This document shows, in pieces, positions 28,464 to 39,150 of a DNA stretch of 64,000 nt. Each line of letters starts with the position of its first letter. Position 1 is the stretch's first letter. This DNA is from an uncultured bacterium. Its GTDB lineage: Bacteria > Verrucomicrobiota > Verrucomicrobiia > Limisphaerales > UBA8199. The position numbers and the translations under genes were made by a program. The notes under the pieces are model-generated. The model saw nothing but the letters and a program-made list of their open reading frames with translations, made no database searches and was not told where the DNA came from. The stretch lies in assembly GCA_963749495.1 (NCBI GenBank), contig CAVVMW010000030.1, positions 1 through 64,000 on the forward strand. The letters are read 5' to 3'.

Positions 28464-29246
28464 TCACGAGGCCATCGGCAGCGCGAAGTCAGGGCTTTGT
28501 ACGTGCCGGATGTAGCCCTCGGCCTGCTTGTGGCCGCTCTCGACCCCGCGCATCCGCGTCACCATTTCCTGGAGGGCGTAGAACTTGTCCGGGGCCTGGC
28601 TGGCGTGGGCGTAGCAGGCCGCCCGCTTCCGTGGTTCGGTCCCCGTAATATCAACGTAGTGGGTTGGGGTAAACTGAACCGTATCTTCCCCGTTGGAAAC
28701 CTCGTAGTAGTAGAGGGCGAATTTCTTCCCCATGCGGAGCCAAGCCTCATAGACCAGCATCGAAATCGCCCGGTGGTCGGCATGGTTGTCGATGGGCCAG
28801 TGAGTGAAAACGAGATTCGGTTGTTCGGCCTCCAGGATGCGTTGGAATCCCTTGTAGTGCGCGGAATCAACGATCGCGGCGCCGTTGATCTGTCCAGCGT
28901 AAGCGGGGCGGGCCTTGAGAATCTCGCAGGCTTTCTTGGCCTCTGCTATACGCACCGATTTGGCATCTTCCAGCAGCGGGTTTTCGGGCCACTCACCTCG
29001 GTTGAGGTAGAGCAGGACGACCTCGTGGCCCAGATCCGTGTAGCGGGCGACGGTGCCGCCGCAGCCGTATTCGGGGTCGCCTGGATGCCCGCCGGTGACA
29101 ATCACCTTGAGCCTGGGCTTTGCTGTGGCCGGTGTCTTGCCGGGCAACGGCTCGGCAGCGGTTGCCGCCAGCGGCAGGCCAACGGCGACGGTGGTTCCCA
29201 GCCAAGCGGTTTGGCGCAGCATGTTGCGGCGTGAGATCGGTTTCAT
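28464..29246 (-). CDS. Tat-exported PIG-L family deacetylase
   Basis: SRRNML; GGHPGDPEYGCGGT, THWPIDNHADH, AHASQ. Confidence 0.92.
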   Translation of the reverse strand: MKPISRRNMLRQTAWLGTTVAVGLPLAATAAEPLPGKTPATAKPRLKVIVTGGHPGDPEYGCGGTVARYTDLGHEVVLLYLNRGEWPENPLLEDAKSVRIAEAKKACEILKARPAYAGQINGAAIVDSAHYKGFQRILEAEQPNLVFTHWPIDNHADHRAISMLVYEAWLRMGKKFALYYYEVSNGEDTVQFTPTHYVDITGTEPRKRAACYAHASQAPDKFYALQEMVTRMRGVESGHKQAEGYIRHVQSPDFALPMAS

Positions 29247-29428
29247 TTGTGCTCGTCCTGGATGCAGTTCCTTTGAGTATGCGAGCAGAAAGGGCCGACA
29301 TCAACCGCCGTTTGCCGAGCCGCTCCGGCCCGCCAATAAACGAAGCACGTCTGCCCCGTTTGCCGCCGCCCTGAAAATCGAGACCACGTTTGGAAGCATA
29401 AGTGCCTGCGGCGCAGGCGCAACCGAAT

Positions 29429-29503
29429 TGGCTCCAGAGGCAGGGCTCGAACCTGCAACCCGCCGGTTAACAGCCGGCTGCTCTACCATTGAGCTACGCT
29501 GGA
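29429..29503 (-). tRNA. tRNA-Asn (GTT)
   Basis: TCCAGCGTAGCTCAATGGTAGAGCAGCCGGCTGTTAACCGGCGGGTTGCAGGTTCGAGCCCTGCCTCTGGAGCCA; cloverleaf with encoded CCA. Confidence 0.96.
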
Positions 29504-29529
29504 ACCCAAACTGCCGGTTCCCGCCCGCC

Positions 29530-29685
29530 GGCAAGTTCGAGGGGTACGAACCGCTGCTGGTGGAGATCGCGAAGTTCTTCAAGACCGGCCAGCCGCCGAT
29601 GTCCGTCGAGCACACGTTGGAAATCTACGCCTTCATGGAAGCCGCCGACGAGAGCCTGCGCCAGGGTGGCCCCCCGGTGTCCGTG
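29530..29685 (+). pseudogene. C-terminal remnant of Gfo/Idh/MocA-like oxidoreductase
   Basis: GYEPLLVEIAKFFKTGQPPMSVEHTLEIYAFMEAADES. Confidence 0.7.
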
Positions 29686-29687
29686 GC

Positions 29688-29750
29688 CCTCGTTGAAGTC
29701 GCCCATGATTGCCAGGTTGGCCTTGGGGTCGCCGGACATGTGCCGCATGG
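29688..29750 (-). pseudogene. Endonuclease/exonuclease/phosphatase fragment (copy 1)
   Basis: DPKANLAIMGDFNE motif; second copy at ~60140-60233. Confidence 0.6.
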
Positions 29751-29838
29751 CCCACCGGAGCCGGACTGCTCTCCATTGTGGCCTTGCTCAAAGAAACCGC
29801 TTTACAGGTCTTCGGCTGTCAGGTAGAAACCAGGGCCG

Positions 29839-30726
29839 ATGGAAGAGCAAAAGCAGCCGTTGAATTCCGAGTCGGTCGCCCGCCTAAACCGGCCGGATAC
29901 CTCCATCAGGAACGCTCGCAAGCGGCGGCGCATTCCCGGCCATCAATCTCCGGCGCGTCGCTGGACCCCGCAGGAGGATGCCCTGCTGGGCACTCTGCGC
30001 GATGAAGAAGTTGCGCGGATTACCGGCCACGGGTTAAGCGGAGTCACCCAGCGCCGCTTGAAGCTCGGCCAGCCCTTGCCGGATCTGAGGCGCAGGCCCT
30101 GGACCGCTGAGGAAGACAACCTGCTGGGGACCCTGAGCGACGGCGTCCTGGCCAAACAGTTGGGCCGTCCTCGCAAGCTGGTCCGCGAACGCCGCAGGAG
30201 GCTGGGGATTCCGAAGTTTTATCCTGACCGCCGGGTCTGGCGGCCCTCCGAAGATGATCTGCTGGGCACTATGTCGGATGGGAAGCTGGCCAGGCGATTG
30301 AGGCGCAGCGTAGAGGCGGTGCGGCAGCGCCGGGCGCGCAAGGGCCTGGCGCCGTTCGCGCCCAAGCATCATCACTGGAGCGCGGCCGATGACAAGCTCC
30401 TGGGCAGCCGCCCCGATGGGCAGATTGCTCTGTTTCTGGGCATCAGCCTGCGTGCGGTCAAACACCGCCGCCAAAAACTGGGCATCCTAGCGCCCAGCCA
30501 GCGCCAGCAGAAGGCGTGGACGGCGGCAGAGGACGCGCTCTTGGGCACCGCTTCAGATGGCGAGGTCGGGCGCAAGCTCGGACGCACCCGCCATTCTGTC
30601 CAGGCCCGCAGGCGCAGGCTGGGTATCGGTGCGCCCCGAGGTCTCGGTGTTGCTGCTGAGGCAGGCCAGGCAGGTGCAGACCGCCGAGACGGAGGCGGCG
30701 GCATCATAGAGTCGTTGCCCGGCTGA
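29839..30726 (+). CDS. Basic protein of five and a half ~46-aa Myb/SANT-like HTH repeats
   Basis: WT.EED.LLGT.SD..LA..LGR....V..RR..LG repeated. Confidence 0.8.
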   Translation: MEEQKQPLNSESVARLNRPDTSIRNARKRRRIPGHQSPARRWTPQEDALLGTLRDEEVARITGHGLSGVTQRRLKLGQPLPDLRRRPWTAEEDNLLGTLSDGVLAKQLGRPRKLVRERRRRLGIPKFYPDRRVWRPSEDDLLGTMSDGKLARRLRRSVEAVRQRRARKGLAPFAPKHHHWSAADDKLLGSRPDGQIALFLGISLRAVKHRRQKLGILAPSQRQQKAWTAAEDALLGTASDGEVGRKLGRTRHSVQARRRRLGIGAPRGLGVAAEAGQAGADRRDGGGGIIESLPG

Positions 30727-30907
30727 AAGGCCGCGAACCTTTGCCTGTGCTGATGAGTACCAGGGCATAAGCCGCCGAGTGGACTGCGGTTGCGCCCTCG
30801 CGGGCATGGTGTGGATTGTTGATGCCCTGCGGAAGCTCGCGGATTGAGCGTGGCCGCTATGCAGGAAAACCGAGCCAAACAAGTCTCTGGAGGAAGGGAG
30901 TGGACAC

Positions 30908-31798
30908 CTACGCGAGGGCTGTAGCAGCTTTTCGCAGTTCTTCAACGAACACCGCGAGCGGCTTGTCATCCGCTCGATTGGCGCGATGGCCGACGGCGAT
31001 GCGGACCGGCTCCGGCGCGGAGGACAGCGTTATCAATCGGACACGGTTCGGAAAGAGCCGCGCCATCTGGGTCGTGACCAGGGCGACTCCCAAACCCGAC
31101 TCGACGGCAGCCATGAGGTTTTCCGCGCCGCCGTATTCGCCAACGATTCTGGGCCGTTGCCGGTGGTCGTGCAGCCAACCGGTGATGATGTCCCAATACT
31201 CTGGATAGTCGCGCTGGCAATAGACGAGCAACGGTTCACCTGCCACTTCCAGGGGCGTCACTTGCGACCGCTGGGCCAGCGGGTGACTTCGGTTCACGGC
31301 AAGCCGCCAAGGGGCGCGGACCAGTGGCGTCCATTTCAATCCCCGCGTCTGGCGCTGCTGCCCAACACAGAGGGCGACATCCAGTTTGTCACTTTCCAGT
31401 CCGGCCAGCATTTCTGCGGTCGAAAGGTCCAATAGCTCCACATGGGCGTTCTGGTGCGCCTGGGTGAAGTTCTCGACGGCGACGGACAACATCCCGGCGG
31501 CGAGCGAGGGCGCGTAACCGACGCGCAGGCGCAGCCCGCGCCCCGCGACACGCACCCGTTCGAGCACCTGTTGGGCGTGCTGGAGCAGTTCGCGGGCCTC
31601 GCGCAGCAGTGCTTCACCGACGGGCGTGAGCCGGATGGAATGGGCTTGGCGTTCCAGCAGGCACTGGCCAACCTCGTCCTCCAGCACTTTAATCTGACGG
31701 CTCAAGGCGGGCTGCGTGAGGAAAATCCTCTTTGCGGCGCGGCTGATGTTGCCTTCTTCGGCTACCGCCACGAAATAACGCAGTTGTCGGAGTTCCAT
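30908..31798 (-). CDS. LysR-family transcriptional regulator
   Basis: MELRQLRYFVAVAEEGNISRAA..TQPALSRQIK; divergent from pirin. Confidence 0.96.
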   Translation of the reverse strand: MELRQLRYFVAVAEEGNISRAAKRIFLTQPALSRQIKVLEDEVGQCLLERQAHSIRLTPVGEALLREARELLQHAQQVLERVRVAGRGLRLRVGYAPSLAAGMLSVAVENFTQAHQNAHVELLDLSTAEMLAGLESDKLDVALCVGQQRQTRGLKWTPLVRAPWRLAVNRSHPLAQRSQVTPLEVAGEPLLVYCQRDYPEYWDIITGWLHDHRQRPRIVGEYGGAENLMAAVESGLGVALVTTQMARLFPNRVRLITLSSAPEPVRIAVGHRANRADDKPLAVFVEELRKAATALA

Positions 31799-31880
31799 GC
31801 CGGACAGCATAACCGAAAGGCAGTCTCAGGCCAATAAATCGGCATTGGAGGGAATCGCTCAAGTCGGCGATTGTGTTTCC

Positions 31881-32597
31881 ATGAGAACGACAGCGACCGA
31901 ATTGGACATTCGACGGGCCAACGAACGCGGCCATGCCGACCACGGCTGGCTCAACACGCATCACACCTTCTCCTTCGCGGACTATTATGACCCGGCGCAC
32001 ATGGGCTTCCGCTCGTTGCGCGTCATCAACGACGACCGGGTTGCTCCGGGGCAGGGCTTCGGGACGCATCCGCACCGCGACATGGAAATCTTCAGTTACG
32101 TGCTGGAAGGAACACTGGAGCACAAGGACAGCATGGGCAAGGGGCGGCAACTGAAGCCGGGCCAGATTCAACTGATGAGCGCGGGACGGGGCATCACGCA
32201 CAGCGAGTTCAATCCGTCCCGCACCGACCCGCTGCATTTCCTGCAAATTTGGATTCAACCGCGAGAACGCGGTCTCACGCCGAGCTACACCGAATGGCAC
32301 CCCAAACCCGAACAGGCCGACGCAGCCAAGGTGCTGGTCATCTCCTTGGACGGTCGGGACGGCTCGGCGACCATTCACCAGGACGCGGACATCTATCGCA
32401 TCCGGCTCAAGCCTGGACAGACCGTGACGCACAAGCTCAGGCCGGGTCGAGGCGCATGGCTGCACATTGCTGAAGGTGCGCTGGCCCTCAACGGGGTCAT
32501 CCTGACGACGGGCGACGGCGCGAGCACCGAAGAACCCGGAACGCTCACGCTCACCGCCACTCAGCAGACCGACGCGATTCTTTTCGACCTGAAGTAA
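31881..32597 (+). CDS. yhhW: Pirin family protein (YhhW-like)
   Basis: RGHADHGWL..HTFSFADYYDP, GFGTHPHRDMEI, MSAGRGITHSE, LQIWI. Confidence 0.95.
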   Translation: MRTTATELDIRRANERGHADHGWLNTHHTFSFADYYDPAHMGFRSLRVINDDRVAPGQGFGTHPHRDMEIFSYVLEGTLEHKDSMGKGRQLKPGQIQLMSAGRGITHSEFNPSRTDPLHFLQIWIQPRERGLTPSYTEWHPKPEQADAAKVLVISLDGRDGSATIHQDADIYRIRLKPGQTVTHKLRPGRGAWLHIAEGALALNGVILTTGDGASTEEPGTLTLTATQQTDAILFDLK

Positions 32598-32621
32598 AAC
32601 ACCAACAAACGCAGCAACAAC

Positions 32622-33218
32622 ATGACCAAAATCGCCATTATCTATCACACCACCTACGGCCACACCAAATTGCAGGCCGAGGCCGTCCATCGCGGAGCAC
32701 AGTCGGTTTCCTCCGCCTCCGCCAAACTTTACACCGTTGAGGAAGCGACCAAACGGCTGGATGAACTCGATGCCGCAGACGCCATCATTTTCGGCTGCCC
32801 AACCTATATGGGCAACATGTCCGCCGGGATGAAAGCCTTCCTCGAAACCGCCGCCAAGAAGTGGTTCACGCTGGCTTGGAAGGACAAAGTGGCCGGGGCG
32901 TTCACCAACTCGTCGTCTTTCTCCGGGGACAAGCTCAACACCCTGCTCGGATTGGTCATCAATGCCATGCAACACGGAATGATTTTTGTCGGCCTCGGCC
33001 TGATGCCCTCCGCCAACCGGCCCGAGGAGATGAACACCGTCAGCGGCCCCGGCCCGGAGGCCCAGAACCGGGTGGGCTCCTTCATCGGGCCGATGGCCGC
33101 GAGTTTTCAGGTGAACCCACCCGGTGCCCCGCCCAAGGGCGACATCGAGACCGCCGAGGCATACGGTCGGCGGGTCGCAGAGATTACCAGTCAGTTAACC
33201 AAAGGCCGTAATGCCTGA
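32622..33218 (+). CDS. WrbA-like flavodoxin / NAD(P)H:quinone oxidoreductase
   Basis: YHTTYGHT, FGCPTYMG, WKDKVAGAFTNS..SGDK. Confidence 0.92.
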   Translation: MTKIAIIYHTTYGHTKLQAEAVHRGAQSVSSASAKLYTVEEATKRLDELDAADAIIFGCPTYMGNMSAGMKAFLETAAKKWFTLAWKDKVAGAFTNSSSFSGDKLNTLLGLVINAMQHGMIFVGLGLMPSANRPEEMNTVSGPGPEAQNRVGSFIGPMAASFQVNPPGAPPKGDIETAEAYGRRVAEITSQLTKGRNA

Positions 33219-33258
33219 CAAAATCCGCAAAGGACATTCACAAGGAATAAGAGCAAAT

Positions 33259-33450
33259 ATGCAAACCAAGATAATGTTGGGATTAACCGCTGCCGCCTGC
33301 TTGCTGCTGGCACGCGCAAATGCGGCTGATACCTACAAAATTGACCCGGCGCACAGCAGCCTCACCTTCTCCGTCCGGCACATGGGAATCAACAACGTGA
33401 AAGGGCATTTCGACGAGTTCGTCGGCTCGATGGTGACGGATGACGGCGTT
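33259..33450 (+). pseudogene. yceI: YceI family protein, 5' part only
   Basis: Signal peptide + YKIDPAHSSLTFSVRHMGINNVKGHF. Confidence 0.85.
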
Positions 33451-33932
33451 AGTCACCTGTCCAACTGGACCTGGAGTGGGGGCTTGACCACGGCGCATGG
33501 GCGGTGTTGTGCCGGATGTTCCCGGAGGCCGATGTGCCGGTGGTTCAATTGAGTCTCGACCAGAGGAAACCGCCTGCCCTCCACTATGAACTGGGCCGGG
33601 AATTGAGAGGACTACGGAAAAAGGGCGTGCTCATCATCGGGAGCGGCAACATAGTCCACAACTTGCGCGAGATGGCGTGGGAGGATACGGCGTACGATTG
33701 GGCACTGGAGTTCGACGCCCAGGTGAAGGAATTGATTCTGTCGGGCGACCACAAGGCGATAATTGACTACTCCAAGCTGGGGCGCTCCGCCCGTCTGGCC
33801 GTGCCGACCCTCGAACACTACCTGCCGCTGCTTTACGCGCTGGGAGCGCAGGATGAGGCGGACAGCGTGGGGTTCTTCGCGGACAAGGTGACGCTGGGGT
33901 CAATGTCGATGCGTTCCGTGAGGTTCGGCTGA
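33451..33932 (+). pseudogene. ygiD: DODA-type extradiol dioxygenase (YgiD-like), 3' part only
   Basis: WGLDHGAWAVL..PEADVPVVQLS, GSGNIVHNL, PTLEHYLPL. Confidence 0.88.
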
Positions 33933-33957
33933 TTCAACATGGCGCTTCCTGCCACGC

Positions 33958-34335
33958 TCAAGCGTGCGCCTGCCGGTACTTTGCTTTGAAGAACCGGAGC
34001 GATGAAATCACCGCGCCCAGCAGCGCCAGGAGCCAGCCAATAGGGTACGGCAGCATCAGAACTCCCCACCACATCGAATGCCCGCTCTTGCCGCCGATGC
34101 CTCCAATGGCGTCCAGCGCGAACAGAGCGCCGACACCAAAGGCTATCAGGATGAACACCCAAGTCCAGTAGAGCACCGTCCTGCGGTCCCTCCCCCCAAG
34201 GTACATGCCCAGGGCGACCATGCCGCTGCCGGGCAGGATGAGCAGCGAGCCTTCCATCGGGTCGAGGGTTCCGAGCATCATGGCGATGCCGCCGACGACC
34301 TTGAGAATACGGGACCAGAACACACGTGAGTTCAT
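33958..34335 (-). CDS. Four-TM hypothetical membrane protein
   Basis: Hydrophobic segments; DPMEGS and PYPIGW motifs. Confidence 0.75.
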   Translation of the reverse strand: MNSRVFWSRILKVVGGIAMMLGTLDPMEGSLLILPGSGMVALGMYLGGRDRRTVLYWTWVFILIAFGVGALFALDAIGGIGGKSGHSMWWGVLMLPYPIGWLLALLGAVISSLRFFKAKYRQAHA

Positions 34336-34770
34336 GGCTTCAGGTTACCGCTCCAGCGCCTGAAGGTGTCAATCGAAAAAACTCACCGGCGCAATCATGC
34401 AGTCGATGAACGCTGAGAGGCTGGCATCTATCTCGCTGTGGCGGGAGCGCGCCTTTATCCCGGTGCTGGAGCCAGCTTCTCCGCTCGGCCTGGATTGACG
34501 ACGCGCTGGCGGCGGCACCCATCCCATCCCACGGGGCCATCGGCGTGGAGGCCATATTCGGAATCAGCCGCACGGGCCGCACTGGTCGATGCGCAAACCC
34601 GCGGGTCGAGCCGGTCCTGGTGGGGCTTCAGGTCTCAGACGAAGCGACCATTGCTGGCGAGCAAGGTTGAGCGTAAAGGGCGTGTCCCGACTGCGGCGCG
34701 GCTTGAGCAGGAAGCGGGAAGAGCCTCTTGCTCGGGGCGTTACGCCACGCCAAGCCCCGAGCGACGCTCC

Positions 34771-35193
34771 TTACTGCGCCTTCAGCGTCCTCACGGCTTT
34801 GGCAGCGTCGGCTGGACTGTCGAGAGCAATGTGCGTTACGAACTTGTTCCCAATCGCTGCTACCGACAGACCGCGCAGGTTCAGCCCCTTCTCGGCCAAA
34901 GCCTGCGTGATTCTAGCTCCTTGACCCGGTTTGTCCGGCCCCTCAATTGGTACGGTGTGCAGGCTCTTGGTCTTTGCAAAGCCTGCCTGCCGGGCAGCGC
35001 GACTCCCGGCTGCCCCTTTGATGGGGGTCACGAAGACCACCCCTTTGCCGGATTTTTCGGGTGTGCGCCGCGCAATGACGAACTCCAAGTTCACTCCCGC
35101 GTTCGCCAAGGCGCTGAGTTTGGCGCTAAGGCTGCCGGGCTTGTCTTCAATGGAAGCCGCCCACGTGTCAACTCGTTCTGCTTTCAATTCCAT
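34771..35193 (-). CDS. ACT-domain protein
   Basis: IEDKPGSL..LANAGVNLE and EGPDKPGQG..LAEKGLNL tandem ACT domains. Confidence 0.85.
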   Translation of the reverse strand: MELKAERVDTWAASIEDKPGSLSAKLSALANAGVNLEFVIARRTPEKSGKGVVFVTPIKGAAGSRAARQAGFAKTKSLHTVPIEGPDKPGQGARITQALAEKGLNLRGLSVAAIGNKFVTHIALDSPADAAKAVRTLKAQ

Positions 35194-35608
35194 AATCCAC
35201 CTTTCGCTTTGCTGCACGGTTGCCGTTTTCTGAACCATTGTCAGCATAGGCTTGGCGAAGAGCGCGGTCAATTAGGTTTCCCGGCTCGAAGGGGAGCCGA
35301 CATCGTAGGTCCGACCACTCGTTAGTAGATTGAAGGTGCCGTTGGTCGGGTTGTGGTCAAGCACCCCTCTCGGCCAGAATCGCCGGAGGCGTGCTTGCCA
35401 CCGCGAAGAGGGCTGACAGCATCAGGGGCGCGTCGAGCACCACGGCGAGCGCCGCCCGGCGGCAACCTCCGTCGCGCCCCCCTATTTGGCCCACCGGAAC
35501 AGATTCAGCGGAAGTGCGCGGAATCTCTTTTTGGGCTTGACGTTCGGAACTTCATCCCCAATATCCGGCGCTCCAATACTGAAATTGCGAATCCAAACAA
35601 GACAAACA

Positions 35609-36085
35609 ATGGCAAAGAAGTCCTCTAAGAAAGCGAACAAACCGCTGGTCGCAGGCCAGCCTGCGAACCAGCCTGCCCCAGTCAATCCGGTCGATAAACC
35701 AGCCCAGAACCGCCAGGGGGCGGGGCTGAGCGAAGCGGTGGCGACGGAAACTCAGGCCGTGAAACCGTCCGCAAGACCCCCACCGGCAGAGGCGCCGCCC
35801 AAGCTCCTGACGCCGCTGGCGGCTGTATGGCCAACGGCCACGCTGTCGGAGCCGCCAAAATCGTCGGAGAAGGCGGCGGTGGTCGCGCAGGCCCCGACGC
35901 CCACAGTGCCCCAGAGCGTCAAAGTGCGATTCCTTCTCTTTGAACCCGATGCAAAGCAGGTGGCGCTCTGTGGCGATTTCACCGGCTGGGCGTCCGACGC
36001 AACACCCCTGAAACGACAGGATGGCGGGCATTGGGAGACGACCGTTGCTTTAGCGCCGGGACGGTATGAATACATTATTTCTTGA
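35609..36085 (+). pseudogene. CBM48/glycogen-binding early-set domain protein, C-terminally truncated
   Basis: Pro/Ala-rich linker, then AKQVALCGDFTGW..WETTVALAPGRYEY, ending before the usual KF.VDG.W. Confidence 0.78.
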
Positions 36086-36276
36086 GTGTTACACAACACC
36101 TCTTGACCCCCCAAGGGCCGCCTCTCACTGCGCCCGTTTGCCGCCCATTCGATACAGGCATCGTTCGAGCATTCTTCGCTCCGGCGCATTTTCTGGATGC
36201 CTCATATTTGCGCCCAGCACATTGGGATGGGAAGCTGCTGCGATGAAACCAGAGAAATATGGAGTGACGACGACGT

Positions 36277-36370
36277 GGCCAACCCGGCTGCTCAGGCCAA
36301 CAGCGGGACTGCGTCTCTGTGCGTATCGGACGCGCTGGGCCCGCCGCGTCTGAGCCAACATCTGATGCCG
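36277..36370 (+). other. Degenerate integron attC-like site
   Basis: GCCAAC..CTCAG..GCGGG..CCCGC..CTGAG imperfect palindrome at an ORF end; next ATG at 36381; the R' box is decayed. Confidence 0.45.
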
Positions 36371-36380
36371 GTCGCGGGCC

Positions 36381-36569
36381 ATGAAGACACGCACCGTCCT
36401 GTTTCTTGGAGTCGGGCTGCTTGTTCTCGGAGTGGCTGCTGTTCCGTACGTGGCTCATTATGCAGTTCGGTCCGGCATCGGTCCTCAGCACGTTTACGAG
36501 CTTTCGGAACAGCCGGGCTTTTTGACCGAGGAGTTGGCCATCTCCAAGGCGCAAGAGACGCTCAAATGA
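36381..36569 (+). pseudogene. Cassette-like exported hypothetical protein, interrupted
   Basis: Signal/TM N-terminus; protein-like sequence continues past the stop to ~36720. Confidence 0.4.
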
Positions 36570-36770
36570 GGCCGTCAGGACGCCAAATCGTGGCAAGAGG
36601 TGAGCGGCAGTCGCCAAGTCACGTCGAATCGAATCGTCTTCGTGTTTCGAAACGGCGCGGCATCCACGCGTTTTGTACGCGTCGAGCTACATGGTAACCG
36701 AGTGGTTTGCCAAACCTCGATAGGGAAGTGAGATACATGGCCGCGCCGTCCAATCGGCTCGCCAGCCGGA

Positions 36771-37110
36771 TTGCCCGTGGCGGAAAAGCCGAGCGCCACG
36801 GAGCAGGTCATCCAGCGACTGCGGTCCATCGACTGGTTCCAGTTCGAGCGACTGGTCGCCCACGTTTATCGCAAGCAGGGCTACGCCGTCATCAGGCAAG
36901 GCGGCGCGAACCCGGACGGCGGCATCGACCTGGTGATCGAAAAGGACGGAACGCGCACCACCGTCCAGTGCAAGCACTGGAAGACCTGGAATGTCGGCGT
37001 GAAGGCCGTGCGCGAGTTTCTCGGGGCGCTCACCGACGCGGGCATCGGGCGCGGGCTGTTCATCACGCTCGGCGGATACACGGGGGACGCGAAGCAGTTG
37101 GAGGGTGATG
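36771..37110 (+). pseudogene. Mrr-type restriction endonuclease catalytic domain fragment
   Basis: IDWFQFERLV..GY..DGGIDL..VQCKHWK..VGVKAVRE. Confidence 0.8.
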
Positions 37111-37396
37111 CGCTCCAAACGACGGGGCCATGATGGACGGGACGAGCCTCCCTGGTTGATGACCCGAGTTGCCGCGTGTTTTCGGCATAAGTGCGTGAAA
37201 TTCACGCATTTCGCGTCAATTTCACGCGTCCTTTTATGATGGGCTGAGCAAATCCGGCTAGAATCTGCGGGAATGCAGGACGGCATGAACCATGCTATAA
37301 GGTTTTGGCTTGATTCCTCGACTGTTGCGCGGGACTGGCGTGTTTGACTTTCGGGTTCAAAACGTGGCCAGCGGATGCAGCGCGGAGGAATGGGTT

Positions 37397-38197
37397 ATGG
37401 ATGACTTACAGCAGGCTGTGAGGGTTTGTTCGGAGAGCAAGGAGAAGGCCCTGATCGGCTTTACGCTCATCGAACTATTGGTGGTCATTATCATTATCGG
37501 CATTCTGGCCGCGCTCCTGCTTCCCACCTTGGCAGGAGCCAAGGAGCGGGCACGCCGCGCCAACTGCAAGAACGCCCAGCGCCAGTTCCTCCTGGCCGTT
37601 CATCTTTATGCCAACGACAATAACCAGGTAGTGCCGAGTGGCGCGGCGAACCCGCCGTTCACGGACGAGCACTTGCCAATGCTCAGCAATGCCACGAGCA
37701 ATGCCGTGGTCCAGTATCTAAAAGCCCAGCAACTGGTTCATTGCCCGAGTTTTGCCGCACACTTCATGAATAACGCCTCGGTGCAATGGGAGACGGAGGG
37801 GCGCGGTTACGTAATCGGCTACAACTACCATGGCGGGCACACGAACACGCCCTGGCCCGCTGTGACCGGCAGCACCGCAACCTGGATTTCGCCTCAGCGG
37901 TTGACTGACCCTAGCACCCTGGTTCTGGTTTCGGACATGAACGACTGGTCACACACCGATGGGCGGACTTGGGCACCCCACGGGAAGAATGGTCCGATCC
38001 TGAACGGAACAGACGCTTCCAACCTGGGAGCATTTGGTCCATTTGGCGGGGGCGGGCAATCCTCCGCACTCATTGGCGCAATGGGCGGTAATGTTGGCCT
38101 GCTCGACGGCTCGGTTTCCTGGAGGAACATCAACCGGATGCAGGTCTATCAGGGTTCACTGGGATGGCGTGACGACGGCTGCATCGCCATGTGGTGA
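37397..38197 (+). CDS. Prepilin-type N-methylation domain protein with DG-CTERM
   Basis: [45 protein letters not shown]. Confidence 0.9.
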   Translation: MDDLQQAVRVCSESKEKALIGFTLIELLVVIIIIGILAALLLPTLAGAKERARRANCKNAQRQFLLAVHLYANDNNQVVPSGAANPPFTDEHLPMLSNATSNAVVQYLKAQQLVHCPSFAAHFMNNASVQWETEGRGYVIGYNYHGGHTNTPWPAVTGSTATWISPQRLTDPSTLVLVSDMNDWSHTDGRTWAPHGKNGPILNGTDASNLGAFGPFGGGGQSSALIGAMGGNVGLLDGSVSWRNINRMQVYQGSLGWRDDGCIAMW

Positions 38198-38548
38198 ATA
38201 CCGGGGTGGGTGATCACGGATGCCTGTGGCCGGGATAAAGACCGGGCTGTGTATGGCGGCGTGCTTGAGACGTTGTTAATTAGAAAGCAAAGGAATTGTC
38301 GGGAAAAATGTTATCTCATTCAGCCAGCCAGCCCGGTTTGCCGACCTGAACCGCGAGCTGTCCGAGCACTTAATCGTGCGCCCGACCAACGCGGTCGCCG
38401 CCCTGGCCTGTCCGCGTCGTCCGCCTGGGCAAGCCCATTGGGATTGGCGGCATCGGAGAGCAACGGGACGGACTGCGAACGCATCTTGCGGCAAACGGCG
38501 AGACCGTGCTCGCCAAAACCGCCTGCATTGCGCATAATCACTCCGGCA

Positions 38549-39150
38549 ATGAGCCTCAGCGCGACAACAGAGAAAATGATCCGGCTGGTCGAGGAAAGGA
38601 CCGGTTTCCCGGTTTACGTCGAACCCGACGCGTCGCTGCCCCCGGCTCAACTGGCCAAGGCCGTCGTCGCCCGTGCTGATCTGCACTTGCACCGGGTTCT
38701 CTATCGCCCGGACGCCTCAACCGCCCCGGATTACCTCATCTGCCATCAATGCGCATTCATTTTGCGGCATTGGCATTGAGTGACGCGGGACGGTTGGACA
38801 GGGCGGTGAGGCACCTGCGCCGGGCGGCAGAGTTGAGTCCCGCAAAGACGGAAGTCCGAGTTGCTCTGGCAACGGCGCTCGGTCGTATGGGCCAGGATGA
38901 TGAAGCGGTCGGGTTGCTGAAGGCGGCGGTGGAGGTAGCTCCCCGCAACCTCCAGGCACAACGGGGCCTGGGAGAAACCTTGCTCAAGCAGGGACGCCCT
39001 CAAGCACTTTGCCAAGCTCTCGCCCAGTGAGCAGAGGAAGCTGACGCTGGAAATCTCCATGCTTGGCCGGAACGGGTTTGAGGTTCACAACCCGCAAAGC
39101 CGATACCGGCTCAAGAGCCTTGAGGGCGAGTTCAGCGGCCTGGCCCTGGG
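38549..39150 (+). pseudogene. Fragmented TPR-containing protein
   Basis: Three pieces: MSLSATTEK..DYLICHQC; TPR helices; EISMLGRNG..YRLKSLEGEFSGL. Confidence 0.6.

Noticed and set aside
29429..29503. Intact tRNA-anchored genomic island or prophage
   Set aside because: No adjacent integrase, no duplicated tRNA 3' end seen, no phage structural genes.
36771..37133. Functional Mrr restriction system
   Set aside because: Domain lacks its N-terminus and is cut before the usual C-terminal motif.
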